Program-made: the position numbers and the translations under genes
Notes under the pieces: model-generated
Told to the model about the DNA's origin: nothing
Databases searched by the model: none
Seen by the model: the letters and a program-made list of their open reading frames with translations, nothing else
Shown here: positions 48,803-59,002 of the stretch, piece after piece
Numbering within the stretch: position 1 is the stretch's first letter
Layout of the letters: each line of letters opens with the position of its first letter
NCBI GenBank assembly: GCA_965364455.1
Contig: CBDTXN010000001.1
Span: forward strand, 5,211-69,210
Length of the DNA: 64,000 nucleotides
Direction: 5' to 3'
DNA from: an uncultured Flavobacteriaceae bacterium
GTDB taxonomy: Bacteria > Bacteroidota > Bacteroidia > Flavobacteriales > Flavobacteriaceae

Positions 48803-51800
48803 ATGGGGAATTTCGGGTTAGTGAAGCAAAAACTGGGAGCATTTATCAAAAAGTATTATTTAAACTTAATACTTAAGGGAAGTATATTGTTTATTGCTGC
48901 CGGCCTTCTATATTTTCTTCTGATAATTGGGCTTGAGTATTTTCTCTGGCTTTCAACAACAGGAAGAACGATCCTTTTCTGGTTATTCATTCTTGTTGAA
49001 TTGATTTTGTTATTCAAATTTGTAGGGATCCCAACCTTCAGATTATTGAAAATATCTAAAGGGATCGATGAATTTCAAGCTTCGAAAATAATAGGCAGGC
49101 ATTTTCCGGAGGTAAATGATAAGCTTACAAATCTTCTTCAGCTAAAGAATAATTCCAGTAAATCTGATCTTCTGCTGGCTAGTATAGAACAACGATCCAA
49201 AGAACTTACGCCAATTCCTTTTTCACGAGCCGTTGATCTAAAGGATAACACGAAGTATTTGAGATATGTGATCCTTCCTTGCCTCATAATTTTAGGTTTG
49301 ATCCTGGCCGGAAAAGCGGAGGTAATGACCAGTAGTTTTAAAAGGATATCAGATTATAATACTACCTATTTAAAACCTGCACCTTTCACTTTTATTATTC
49401 AGAATAATCACCTGAAGGCTAGGGAAGGGGAAAATTTTAAATTACAGGTAAAAACCGTTGGAGATTATAATCCGGAAACTGTTCAGATCCTTTTTGAAGG
49501 AAATGAAAGTTTTATGAAACAGACTGCTCCTGGTATTTTTGAATACACTCTTTCCAATTTATCTGATGGTATAAGTTTCCAATTAAGATCTAATGAAGTG
49601 CTATCGGAAGATCATTTTCTTGAGGTGGTAAAAGTTCCTAAGTTGCTCAATTTTGAAATGGCTCTTGATTATCCTGGTTATACAGGTATGAGTGATGAAA
49701 AACTATCTGGAACAGGAAATATTACCGTGCCTGAAGGAACTAAAATCAATTGGAATTTTTTAACCAGGAATGTTGAAACGGTTAATTTTAAAACACCAGA
49801 TTCCCTGTTTCAGATCGAAGCTTTGGATGATAAGGCTACCCATAGCAGGAATCTAAAATCAGAATTACCTTATACGGTTAGTGCTTCCAATGAATTGGTG
49901 AAGGACTTTGAGAAACTTGAATATTCTGTGGAAGTAATTAAGGATCAGTACCCTGAGATCACTATAATTTCTCAAAAGGATTCTTTAAATACTGATATTC
50001 AGTACTTTAAAGGCGATGTATCAGACGATTACGGTTTAAGCCGACTCGAACTGGTTTATTTTACCGAGGAAGAGAAGGATGATCCTTCCAGACTGCAAAT
50101 TCCTGTATCCAGGGAGAGTTTTGACGAGTTCCATTTTAGTTTTCCCGGTAACCTTTCTCTTGAACCAGGGGAGAGTTATACGTACTTTTTCAGAGTATTC
50201 GATAATGATGCCGTGAACGGCTCAAAATCTTCCCGTTCGGATTCCTTTACTTATAGGAAAAAAACTACAGAGGAAATTTCAGATGAAAAATTAGAAGAAC
50301 AAAATGATGCAATAAAAAATATTGGTGAGCGTCTTGATGAATATGATAAATCTGAAGAGGAGTTAAAAGAGATCTCTAATCTGGAGAAGGAGAAAGAAGA
50401 GTTGAACTATAATGAAAGGAAGAAGCTTGAGGAATTTTTAAGGAGGCAGAAAAAGCAGAACGAAATGATGAAGAGTTATTCTGAGAAGCTTGAAAAAAGT
50501 CTTCAGAAAAATGATGATAACGATAATTCTGCAATGGAAAAGGAGTTGAACAAAAGACTTGAAAATAACGAAAAACGCCTCGAAGCAAATGAGAAATTAT
50601 TAGAGGAATTAGAGAAGTATTCTGAAAAAATAGAGAAAGAAGATCTGGGTAAAAAACTTGAAGAATTATCCAAGCAGAATAAGAACAATCAACGTAATCT
50701 TGAACAGTTACTGGAGCTCACTAAAAGATATTATGTAGAAGAAAAAAAGCAGAAACTTGCCCGTGATCTTGAAGACCTTTCTGATAAACAAGAGGAGCTT
50801 GCGGAGGACAAAGAGGGTAAGAGCGAAATTGACGATAGCGAATTATCTGAAAAGGAAAACCTGGAGAAAACAGAGGAACAGGAAGAATTAAACAAGGAGT
50901 TTGAGGAATTCCGTGAGCAAATGGATGAGCTTGAAAAGGAAAACCAGGAATTAAAACAACCTCAGGATCTAAACAGGGAAGAGGTAGATGAAGAGAGTAT
51001 AGAGAAAGATCAACAACAAGCAACAGAAAGTTTAAAAGAGAAGCAAGATTCCAAAGCAAAGGAAAAACAGAAAGATGCGGCCAGGAAAATGAAACAAATG
51101 AGTCAGCAAATGCAGCAGTCTTCTTCCATGCAGCAGCAGGAGCAATTAGAAGCTGATGCAGAAACCCTGCGTCAGATCCTTGATAATTTGATCGTTTTTT
51201 CTTTCGGGCAGGAGGATCTTCTGGACGAATTTAAAAGGATGCAACAGAGCAATCCTAAATATGCCGGTAAACTAAAAGAGCAAAGTAATCTCAGGGAAAA
51301 TTTCAGGCATATAGATGATAGTCTTTATAGTCTGGCCATGCGTAATCCCATGGTTAATGAAGTTATTACAGATAAGCTCACAAATATAGAATTCGATCTT
51401 GATAAGTCTTTAGAAAGATTGGCTGAAAACGAGATTCCTCAAGGAACTTCTAGCCAACAATATGTTGTTACCGGCGCAAATGATCTTGCAAATCTTCTAG
51501 ATAATATCCTTTCTTCCATGCAGCAAATGATGGGGACGCCTCAACCCGGAAGTGGAAATGGCGGTAAGGAATTTCAATTGTCCGATATCATTAAGGAACA
51601 AAAGGAACTTCAGGAGAAAATGAGAAGTAAAACCGAAGGGAAAGGAGAGCCTAAAGAGGGTAAACCTCAAGGAGAGGGTGAAGGACAAAGCGGAGAACTT
51701 TTTGAGATCTATAAGGAACAGCAAAAGCTTAGGATGCAAATGGAAGAAATGCTGGAACAAAACGGAATGAACCCTGGTAATAATGCAGTGGAGGAAATGC

Positions 51801-52093
51801 AGCGAATAGAGGAGGAGTTACTTGATAAAGGATTTGACCCAGAAACGGTTAAAAGAATGCAACAGCTGGAGTATGAACTTTTGAAATTTGAAAAGGCTTT
51901 CAAATTGCAGGGAACAGATGATAAAAGAAAGTCTGAGACTAATAGACTCGAATATGAAAACAGTCTTAATAATCAGATTGATAGGGCAAAAGAATATTTT
52001 AATTCTACTGAAATTTTAAATAGACAAACCTTACCTTTGCGCCAAATTTACAGGGAAAAAGTAAAAGACTATTTTGGAAAAGGGATTGATTAA
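48803..52093 (+). CDS. DUF4175-like large membrane-anchored coiled-coil protein
   Basis: N-terminal TMs, Ig-like middle (YPGYT, SDDYGL, VFDNDAVNGSK), long E/K/Q-rich helical C-terminus. Confidence 0.7.
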   Translation: MGNFGLVKQKLGAFIKKYYLNLILKGSILFIAAGLLYFLLIIGLEYFLWLSTTGRTILFWLFILVELILLFKFVGIPTFRLLKISKGIDEFQASKIIGRHFPEVNDKLTNLLQLKNNSSKSDLLLASIEQRSKELTPIPFSRAVDLKDNTKYLRYVILPCLIILGLILAGKAEVMTSSFKRISDYNTTYLKPAPFTFIIQNNHLKAREGENFKLQVKTVGDYNPETVQILFEGNESFMKQTAPGIFEYTLSNLSDGISFQLRSNEVLSEDHFLEVVKVPKLLNFEMALDYPGYTGMSDEKLSGTGNITVPEGTKINWNFLTRNVETVNFKTPDSLFQIEALDDKATHSRNLKSELPYTVSASNELVKDFEKLEYSVEVIKDQYPEITIISQKDSLNTDIQYFKGDVSDDYGLSRLELVYFTEEEKDDPSRLQIPVSRESFDEFHFSFPGNLSLEPGESYTYFFRVFDNDAVNGSKSSRSDSFTYRKKTTEEISDEKLEEQNDAIKNIGERLDEYDKSEEELKEISNLEKEKEELNYNERKKLEEFLRRQKKQNEMMKSYSEKLEKSLQKNDDNDNSAMEKELNKRLENNEKRLEANEKLLEELEKYSEKIEKEDLGKKLEELSKQNKNNQRNLEQLLELTKRYYVEEKKQKLARDLEDLSDKQEELAEDKEGKSEIDDSELSEKENLEKTEEQEELNKEFEEFREQMDELEKENQELKQPQDLNREEVDEESIEKDQQQATESLKEKQDSKAKEKQKDAARKMKQMSQQMQQSSSMQQQEQLEADAETLRQILDNLIVFSFGQEDLLDEFKRMQQSNPKYAGKLKEQSNLRENFRHIDDSLYSLAMRNPMVNEVITDKLTNIEFDLDKSLERLAENEIPQGTSSQQYVVTGANDLANLLDNILSSMQQMMGTPQPGSGNGGKEFQLSDIIKEQKELQEKMRSKTEGKGEPKEGKPQGEGEGQSGELFEIYKEQQKLRMQMEEMLEQNGMNPGNNAVEEMQRIEEELLDKGFDPETVKRMQQLEYELLKFEKAFKLQGTDDKRKSETNRLEYENSLNNQIDRAKEYFNSTEILNRQTLPLRQIYREKVKDYFGKGID

Positions 52094-52505
52094 CTTTTTT
52101 AGTGAAAATGATTTTGTTCTTGAGGCTGAAAGCTCATTCAGAGATTGGGTAGATCGGGTGATAGAATCGGAAGATAAATATGTTGGTGATATTAACTTCA
52201 TTTTTTGCGACGATGAATATTTACTGGACATTAATATCAAATACCTTAACCATGATACCTATACCGATATTATCAGCTTTGATAATGGGATAGGGAATAC
52301 TTTACACGGGGATATATACATTAGTACCCAAAGAGTGGAAGAGAATGCCTCTAAATTCAATGTAGATTTTATAGAAGAACTAAAGCGCGTCGTGATTCAC
52401 GGGGTACTCCATTTTTGTGGATATCTGGATAAATCTGAAAGGGATAAGGAATTAATGCGACGCAAGGAGGAAGAAAAAATTAAATTGTTCCACGTGGAAC
52501 AATAA
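52086..52505 (+). CDS. ybeY: rRNA maturation RNase YbeY
   Basis: YLNHDTYTDIISF, GDIYIS, HGVLHFCGYLD. Start probably TTG at 52086 (track gives 52074). Confidence 0.92.
   Translation: MINFFSENDFVLEAESSFRDWVDRVIESEDKYVGDINFIFCDDEYLLDINIKYLNHDTYTDIISFDNGIGNTLHGDIYISTQRVEENASKFNVDFIEELKRVVIHGVLHFCGYLDKSERDKELMRRKEEEKIKLFHVEQ
52486..52501. promoter_or_regulatory. parS site (ParB loading)
   Basis: Perfect palindrome TGTTCCACGTGGAACA; extends to 20 bp (52484-52503). Confidence 0.9.
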
Positions 52506-52525
52506 GAAAAAACAAGTAATAGGAT

Positions 52526-54397
52526 ATGTTCGAAAAGCAGTATGATGTTATTGTTGTTGGAGCTGGGCATGCCGGGAGTGAGGCCGCCGCTGCAGCCGCA
52601 AATATGGGTAGTAAAACCCTTCTAATTACCATGAATCTTCAAAACATTGCTCAAATGAGTTGTAACCCTGCTATGGGTGGAATTGCAAAGGGGCAAATAG
52701 TTAGGGAGATCGATGCGATGGGAGGTTATAGTGGTATCGTAAGTGATACTAGTGCTATCCAGTTCAAAATGCTTAATAAATCAAAGGGTCCCGCAATGTG
52801 GAGTCCCAGGGTGCAAAGTGACCGAATGAGGTTTGCAGAGGACTGGAGGATTAAACTTGAGCAGACACCGAATCTTGATTTTTACCAGGAGATGGTTGCC
52901 GGACTTATTATAAAAAATGATAAGGTCGTGGGTGTTCGAACTTCCCTTGGATTGGAAATTTTTGCCAAAAGCGTGGTTTGTACCAACGGTACTTTTTTGA
53001 ATGGATTGATACATATTGGTGATAAACAATTTGGTGGAGGTAGAGCTGGTGAAAGAGCTGCAACTGGAATTACAAAAGATTTGATAGATGCCGGGTTTGA
53101 AGCAGGAAGAATGAAGACCGGTACACCTCCTAGAGTTGATGGAAGGTCTCTTGATTATTCTAAAATGACGGAACAACCTGGGGATGATATTCCCGGTAAA
53201 TTTTCTTATTCTGATGAAACTAAACCGCTATCAAAACAACGTTCCTGCCATATGACTTATACCTCAAACGAGGTACATGAGATATTAAAAGAAGGTTTTG
53301 ATAGATCTCCAATGTTCAATGGAAGAATACAAAGTATTGGGCCTAGATATTGTCCTTCTATCGAGGATAAGATAAATCGTTTTGCAGATAAAGACAGGCA
53401 TCAACTATTCGTCGAACCTGAAGGTTGGAATACCGTTGAAGTTTACGTAAACGGTTTCTCAACTTCTTTGCCAGAGGATGTTCAATTCAAAGCTCTAAGT
53501 TCTGTTGCCGGTTTCGAAAAAGTCAAATTCTTCCGTCCCGGATATGCTATTGAATATGATTATTTTCCGCCAACGCAATTAAAACATACCCTGGAAACAA
53601 AACTGATTGAAGGTTTATATTTTGCTGGACAAATCAACGGAACAACTGGATATGAAGAAGCGGCTTGCCAGGGAATGATGGCTGGTATAAATGCAGCCTT
53701 AAAAGTTCAGGAGAAGGATGAATTTATCCTTAAACGTAATGAAGCTTATATAGGAGTTCTTATAGACGATCTTATTACTAAGGGTACAGAAGAGCCATAT
53801 AGAATGTTTACTTCGCGTGCCGAATACAGGACCTTATTAAGGCAGGATAATGCCGATTTCAGGTTAACAGAAAAGTCCTATAATATTGGATTGGCTTCTG
53901 AAGACCGAATGAGAAAAATGGAGGATAAAAAAGAGAAATCTTTTAAATTCGTTCAATTCCTGAAAGATCTTAGTGTTGTTCCTGAAGAAGCAAATCCTGT
54001 TTTAGAGAAGAGGAAATCTTCTCCTATGAAACAAAGCGATAAAGTTTTTAAAGTGTTTTCCAGACCACAAATTACCATGCAAGATGTGAAAAACTTTAGC
54101 GGGGTAGAAGAGTTTATTTCGGAAAATGATCTTGATGAAGAGATGATCGAGCAAACCGAAATCCAGGTTAAATATTCTGGTTATATTCAAAAGGAAAAGA
54201 ATAATGCTGATAAATTGAATCGTTTAGAAAATATTCGTATTCCGAATAATTTCGACTATTCTAAGATCAAATCGATGTCTTATGAGGCGAGGGAAAAATT
54301 GAAAAAAGTTCAGCCTGCTACGGTGTCTCAGGCATCAAGAATTAGCGGAGTAAGTCCTAATGATATTTCGGTATTATTGGTTTACATGGGTAGATAA
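52526..54397 (+). CDS. mnmG: tRNA uridine-5-carboxymethylaminomethyl(34) synthesis enzyme MnmG (GidA)
   Basis: VGAGHAG.EA, MSCNPAMGG, KTGTPPR, GPRYCPSIEDK, AGQINGTTGYEEAA, EPYRMFTSRAEYR. Confidence 0.98.
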   Translation: MFEKQYDVIVVGAGHAGSEAAAAAANMGSKTLLITMNLQNIAQMSCNPAMGGIAKGQIVREIDAMGGYSGIVSDTSAIQFKMLNKSKGPAMWSPRVQSDRMRFAEDWRIKLEQTPNLDFYQEMVAGLIIKNDKVVGVRTSLGLEIFAKSVVCTNGTFLNGLIHIGDKQFGGGRAGERAATGITKDLIDAGFEAGRMKTGTPPRVDGRSLDYSKMTEQPGDDIPGKFSYSDETKPLSKQRSCHMTYTSNEVHEILKEGFDRSPMFNGRIQSIGPRYCPSIEDKINRFADKDRHQLFVEPEGWNTVEVYVNGFSTSLPEDVQFKALSSVAGFEKVKFFRPGYAIEYDYFPPTQLKHTLETKLIEGLYFAGQINGTTGYEEAACQGMMAGINAALKVQEKDEFILKRNEAYIGVLIDDLITKGTEEPYRMFTSRAEYRTLLRQDNADFRLTEKSYNIGLASEDRMRKMEDKKEKSFKFVQFLKDLSVVPEEANPVLEKRKSSPMKQSDKVFKVFSRPQITMQDVKNFSGVEEFISENDLDEEMIEQTEIQVKYSGYIQKEKNNADKLNRLENIRIPNNFDYSKIKSMSYEAREKLKKVQPATVSQASRISGVSPNDISVLLVYMGR

Positions 54398-54406
54398 ATT
54401 CATCAC

Positions 54407-54422
54407 TGTTCCACGTGGAACA
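54407..54422. promoter_or_regulatory. parS site (ParB loading)
   Basis: Second perfect TGTTCCACGTGGAACA, starting 10 bp after the mnmG stop. Confidence 0.9.
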
Positions 54423-55305
54423 TAGCAATACATTTTTGATCTCAAATACAAAAAAATACGATTCCAATATCGAGGAAAAACCAAAAATGGTTTGTAACGA
54501 TCGTTTGGTTAGCGGCGAAGAGTTTAATGTTATAGAATTCGAAAAAGGGATTTTAAGAACAGCTCCTGTTCCAGAAGATCTATCTTCATATTATGAAAGT
54601 GAAGATTATATTTCTCACAGTGATTCCAGGGAAAATTTACAGGATAAAATATATCATTTTGTGAAATCTTATATGCTTTCTCAAAAAGCAAAATGGATAA
54701 GATCATATTGTAAACAAGGAGATATTTTAGATGTTGGTGCTGGTACTGGTGAATTCTTAAATAAGATGAAATCTTTCTCATGGAATGTGGAAGGAGTAGA
54801 ACCAAATAATTCAGCAAGGAAGCTGGCAATTCTAAAAGGACTAAATATAAATTCTGATCTTTCAGAAATAACACAGAAGAAATTTAATGTTATTAGTCTG
54901 TGGCATGTTCTTGAACATCTTCCCGATCTGGAAAATAAATTAACAGAGTTTCATAAGCTTCTTGAGGAAAATGGAATTCTAATAATTGCGGTTCCCAATC
55001 ATAATTCTTATGATGCTAAATTTTACAAAGAGAATTGGGCCGCCTGGGATGTACCTAGACACATCTGGCATTTTTCCAGGGAAGGACTTAAAGAAAAATT
55101 AAGGCAGTTCAATTTTGAACTTGTAGATGAAAAAGCTTTAAAGTTTGATTCTTATTATGTGAGCCTCTTAAGTGAAAAGAATAAGGATTCTGCATTTAAT
55201 CCTTTAAATGCATTTTACCGAGGTTGGATTTCAAATCTTAAGGCTAAGCAATCAGGTGAGTACTCTTCCATCGCTTATTTCTTCAAAAAACGTTCAAAAA
55301 CTTAA
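54415..55305 (+). CDS. Class I SAM-dependent methyltransferase (start uncertain)
   Basis: YYESEDYISH, LDVGAGTG, WHVLEH, IAVPN, DVPRHIWHF. Confidence 0.85.
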   Translation: MEHSNTFLISNTKKYDSNIEEKPKMVCNDRLVSGEEFNVIEFEKGILRTAPVPEDLSSYYESEDYISHSDSRENLQDKIYHFVKSYMLSQKAKWIRSYCKQGDILDVGAGTGEFLNKMKSFSWNVEGVEPNNSARKLAILKGLNINSDLSEITQKKFNVISLWHVLEHLPDLENKLTEFHKLLEENGILIIAVPNHNSYDAKFYKENWAAWDVPRHIWHFSREGLKEKLRQFNFELVDEKALKFDSYYVSLLSEKNKDSAFNPLNAFYRGWISNLKAKQSGEYSSIAYFFKKRSKT

Positions 55306-55515
55306 TTTAAAGACTTCTGAAGCGATTTATAATATCACAGTATATCATTTATGGTTCTGATTCCTGAAAATCGCTTAAACCGCTTTAAAATCAATGAAAT
55401 TTCATAGAATTTTACTATTTAAAAAAAATTTACAATAATTAAATACTATAATACTAAAAATAAGGCTTTTGTAGAATAAATACTTTTATACATTTGCCAC
55501 TCAAAACGAAAAATT

Positions 55516-56070
55516 ATGATCAAAAGATTTATTGGAGTTGCAGCAGTTGCAATTATGATGGTTTCATGTAACGAGCAAAAAACGGCTTACGTGGATACTA
55601 CAAAAATTGTTCAGGAATATAAGGAGATGAAAGATGTGGAAGCAGACTTCACTTCAAAATCAGATTCTGTTAGACAGCAATTAGATTCTGTAGCCAGAGT
55701 TTTCCAACAAGAAGTTCAGGCTTACCAGTCTGAAATGAATTCTATGTCTCAGGCAGAGCGCCAGGAAAAAGAGCAGGAATTAATGCAAAAGCAACAAATG
55801 CTTCAGCAACAACAACAAATGCAGAGCAACAGACTTAGAGAGCAATCTACCGTTGTAATGGATTCAATTGTAAATAAGATCAAGGACTACGTGAAGGAGT
55901 ATGGTGAAGAGAATAACTATACGTACATTTTTGGTTCTAACGAAAGTGCAAATATCATGTATGCCGAGGAAGGTCTTGATATCACTCAGGATATCCTGAA
56001 AGAACTTAATAAAGATTACGGTGGAGATACCGAAGTTGAAACTGAATCTGCTGAAGAGGTAGAGGAGTAG
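55516..56070 (+). CDS. OmpH/Skp-family periplasmic chaperone, lipoprotein
   Basis: Lipobox MVSC; AYVD, Q-rich coiled coil, YTYIFG, DITQDILKELN. Confidence 0.88.
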   Translation: MIKRFIGVAAVAIMMVSCNEQKTAYVDTTKIVQEYKEMKDVEADFTSKSDSVRQQLDSVARVFQQEVQAYQSEMNSMSQAERQEKEQELMQKQQMLQQQQQMQSNRLREQSTVVMDSIVNKIKDYVKEYGEENNYTYIFGSNESANIMYAEEGLDITQDILKELNKDYGGDTEVETESAEEVEE

Positions 56071-56092
56071 TAAGCTCGAAAAATAATTGTAT

Positions 56093-56127
56093 AAAAAAAG
56101 CTTCAGTTAATTCTGAAGCTTTTTTTA
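56093..56127. terminator. Bidirectional terminator
   Basis: AAAAAAAGCTTCAG-TTAATT-CTGAAGCTTTTTTT. Confidence 0.8.
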
Positions 56128-56143
56128 TGTTCAATTTTTAATT

Positions 56144-56539
56144 TTAACTCATAATGTACACTCCAAACATGCATACAATAAAGTATCCTGTTAGGGTGAA
56201 AGCACCGGCATAATCTTTTGCTACACGTTGACCGAATAAAAGCATTAACAGGGTAATACAGGCAAGTACACAGGCGTATAGGGCCATATTAGTTTCGTTA
56301 TCACTAACAACCTGCCAGATTCCCGCAATTGCTATAAACCCTGTAATAATTTCGATGATCATAATGATCGCAACCATTAAAGGTACCATACCTGCTAAAA
56401 AAGTTCCTGAGAAATGATCTTTTAGCCATCCGGTATTTCCACTCCAGTCTGATGCTTTGTCTATTCCAGACTGTAGAAAGGTGATCAGGATGAATATCAA
56501 AATGAGAAGTTCAGTAAGATTGGCGCTAATATTTTCCAT
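56144..56539 (-). CDS. DoxX-like membrane protein
   Basis: FLQSGIDK..DW.GN..WL..HF, LLFGQR.AKDY; 4 TM. Confidence 0.75.
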   Translation of the reverse strand: MENISANLTELLILIFILITFLQSGIDKASDWSGNTGWLKDHFSGTFLAGMVPLMVAIIMIIEIITGFIAIAGIWQVVSDNETNMALYACVLACITLLMLLFGQRVAKDYAGAFTLTGYFIVCMFGVYIMS

Positions 56540-56542
56540 TTT

Positions 56543-57700
56543 TTAAGCTGCTTTTTTATGTAAAAATCTGGTTAGTTTAATTGATAGATCTGTTAGGATG
56601 ATCTTCGCATTTCCGTTTCTTTCAATATGGTAAATTGCATTTTCCAATGCTTCAGTAATTTCCATAATATTACCTCCATGAACAAATGGAGCAAAATTTT
56701 CTAATTTGAATTTTTCAGTAGTTGGCTCCAAATAGACTAAATCTTTCGCTTTGTAATTCATTAATAGTGATTGCCGGAAAAAGTCTATACAATAGAGGAG
56801 AAAACTTTTCTGGGTTTCCCGGTTTAAAACAGCTATTTCTTCACTCCAGGCAACCAATTCCAAAACAGTAGATTTATTCCCTTTTGCTTTAAAAGCGCTT
56901 CGTACCCAGCTTATAAACCATGCCTCAAATTGCTCATCGCTGGAATCCCTTTTTAAAAGATGGGTTGCTTTGGTATAATCCCCGTTGGCCTGATGCGCGA
57001 TCTTCCTGGCCAGTGCATCTTCACATTTTTCCCTTTCAATTAAGGCATTGGATATATCTGCTTCGGTTAATGGTGGAAAATGCAGACTTTGGCAACGAGA
57101 CCTAATAGTTTGGATAATGTGTTCTTCATCTTCAGCTACAAGGATAAAAACGGTATTATTTGGAGGCTCTTCAATAAGCTTTAGCAATTTATTGGCTGCT
57201 GAAATATTCATTTTTTCGGCCATCCAGATGATCATCACCTTAAAACCACCTTCATACGCCTTTAAAGACAATGATTTTACGATATCCTGGGCCTCATTAA
57301 CACTTATTTGTCCTTGCTTATTCTCAACTCCAAGTGCCTGGTACCAGTCATATAAACTGCCATAAGGATTGGACTTTAGAAATGTTCTCCATTCGTCTAA
57401 AAAATGAGAGGAAACAGGATGTTTTTTCACCTTCTCATTGGCCGCCACCGGAAAGGCAAAATGCAGGTCTGGATGTGAGAAGTTCTTAAACTTTAAATTG
57501 CAGTTTGCTGCTTCGTTGTTATCATTTTCTCCGCCCGTATTTTTGCACAGAATATATTGAGCATAGGCTATGGCCATAGGCAGAGCGCCACTTCCCGGCT
57601 GCCCGGTGAAAAGTTGAGCGTGTGGAATTCTATTCCTGTCGGCAGTTGTCGTCAGGTGATTCTTTATGTGTGGAAGTCCAATTACATCGTTAAAAAGCAT
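56543..57700 (-). CDS. holB: DNA polymerase III subunit delta'
   Basis: HAQLFTG, HPDLHF, AANKLLKLIEEPP, TIRSRCQ. Confidence 0.88.
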   Translation of the reverse strand: MLFNDVIGLPHIKNHLTTTADRNRIPHAQLFTGQPGSGALPMAIAYAQYILCKNTGGENDNNEAANCNLKFKNFSHPDLHFAFPVAANEKVKKHPVSSHFLDEWRTFLKSNPYGSLYDWYQALGVENKQGQISVNEAQDIVKSLSLKAYEGGFKVMIIWMAEKMNISAANKLLKLIEEPPNNTVFILVAEDEEHIIQTIRSRCQSLHFPPLTEADISNALIEREKCEDALARKIAHQANGDYTKATHLLKRDSSDEQFEAWFISWVRSAFKAKGNKSTVLELVAWSEEIAVLNRETQKSFLLYCIDFFRQSLLMNYKAKDLVYLEPTTEKFKLENFAPFVHGGNIMEITEALENAIYHIERNGNAKIILTDLSIKLTRFLHKKAA

Positions 57701-57768
57701 AGGCAAATATAAAATTATATAAGCTTTATTATCTTCGGAAAAATTTATATTTGTAAGAAAGCAATACT

Positions 57769-58953
57769 ATGAAAACTATAGACGATTACAATTTTAATAA
57801 TAAAAGGGCACTTATAAGGGTTGATTTCAATGTTCCGTTGAATGATGAGATGAAAGTTACTGATGCGAACAGAATTGAAGCAGCCAAACCTACTATTATT
57901 AAAGTTCTTGAAGATGGAGGAAGTGTTGTTTTAATGTCTCACCTGGGGAGACCAAAAGGAAAAGAAAGTAAATATTCTTTACAGCATATTACCAGTAAAG
58001 TTTCCAGCGTACTTGGAGTAAAGGTGAAATTTATTGAAGACTGTGTTGGGGAAGAGGTAGAGAAGGCCGCAAAAGATTTAAAACCTGGAGAAATTCTTCT
58101 GCTTGAAAACCTCCGTTTTCATGATGAGGAAAAAGAAGGAAATGAAGATTTCGCACAAAAACTTTCCAGACTAGGTGATATATATATTAATGATGCTTTT
58201 GGAACTGCTCACAGAGCACATGCATCTACTACCGTTGTAGCAAAGTTCTTTGAAGATAAATGTTTTGGATACCTTCTGGCTAAAGAGATCAAAAGCCTGG
58301 ACAAGGTTCTTCATAGCTCAGAAAAGCCTGTAACAGCAGTTCTAGGTGGTGCCAAAGTATCTTCCAAGATTACCGTAATTGAAAATATTCTTGATAAGAT
58401 AGATCATTTGATTATCGGTGGCGGAATGACCTATACCTTTATCAAGGCTCAGGGAGGGCATATAGGAAACTCTCTGGTTGAAGATGATAAACAGGAGCTG
58501 GCTCTGGAAATCCTAAAGAAAGCCAAGGAAAAAGGTGTTGAAGTTCACCTTCCGGTAGACTCAATTATAGCAGATAGTTTTTCTGAACAGGCAAGTACCC
58601 AGACTGAAAGAGTGGATAATATTCCTGATGGTTGGATGGGACTTGATGTTGGACCTCAAACTTTAAAGAATTTTTCTGACGTTATTGCCAAATCAAAGAT
58701 CATCCTATGGAACGGACCTTTAGGAGTATTCGAAATGGATACTTTCGCCAAAGGAACTATCCAATTAGGTGAAGCAATTGCCAAGGCGACAGAAAATGGT
58801 GCTTTCTCCCTGGTAGGAGGAGGAGATTCTGTGGCAGCTGTTAAAAAATTCGGTTTAGAAAATAAAGTAAGTTATGTTTCTACCGGTGGTGGCGCTATGT
58901 TAGAGATGCTTGAAGGAAAATCCCTTCCTGGAATAGAGGCAATTAAAAGTTAA
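57769..58953 (+). CDS. pgk: Phosphoglycerate kinase
   Basis: [44 protein letters not shown]. Confidence 0.98.
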   Translation: MKTIDDYNFNNKRALIRVDFNVPLNDEMKVTDANRIEAAKPTIIKVLEDGGSVVLMSHLGRPKGKESKYSLQHITSKVSSVLGVKVKFIEDCVGEEVEKAAKDLKPGEILLLENLRFHDEEKEGNEDFAQKLSRLGDIYINDAFGTAHRAHASTTVVAKFFEDKCFGYLLAKEIKSLDKVLHSSEKPVTAVLGGAKVSSKITVIENILDKIDHLIIGGGMTYTFIKAQGGHIGNSLVEDDKQELALEILKKAKEKGVEVHLPVDSIIADSFSEQASTQTERVDNIPDGWMGLDVGPQTLKNFSDVIAKSKIILWNGPLGVFEMDTFAKGTIQLGEAIAKATENGAFSLVGGGDSVAAVKKFGLENKVSYVSTGGGAMLEMLEGKSLPGIEAIKS

Positions 58954-59002
58954 AGAGGTACGAAGTTTGATAACTTTACGTTCGTTAATGTAAAATGAAT
59001 AT

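Noticed and set aside
50250-51900. Purine-rich repetitive-looking DNA and antisense ORFs
   Set aside because: Explained by the E/K/Q-rich coiled coil of the DUF4175-like protein; there is no discrete repeat unit.
55730-55830. CAA/CAG-rich tract
   Set aside because: It encodes the Gln-rich coiled coil of the Skp-like protein and is not a contingency repeat.
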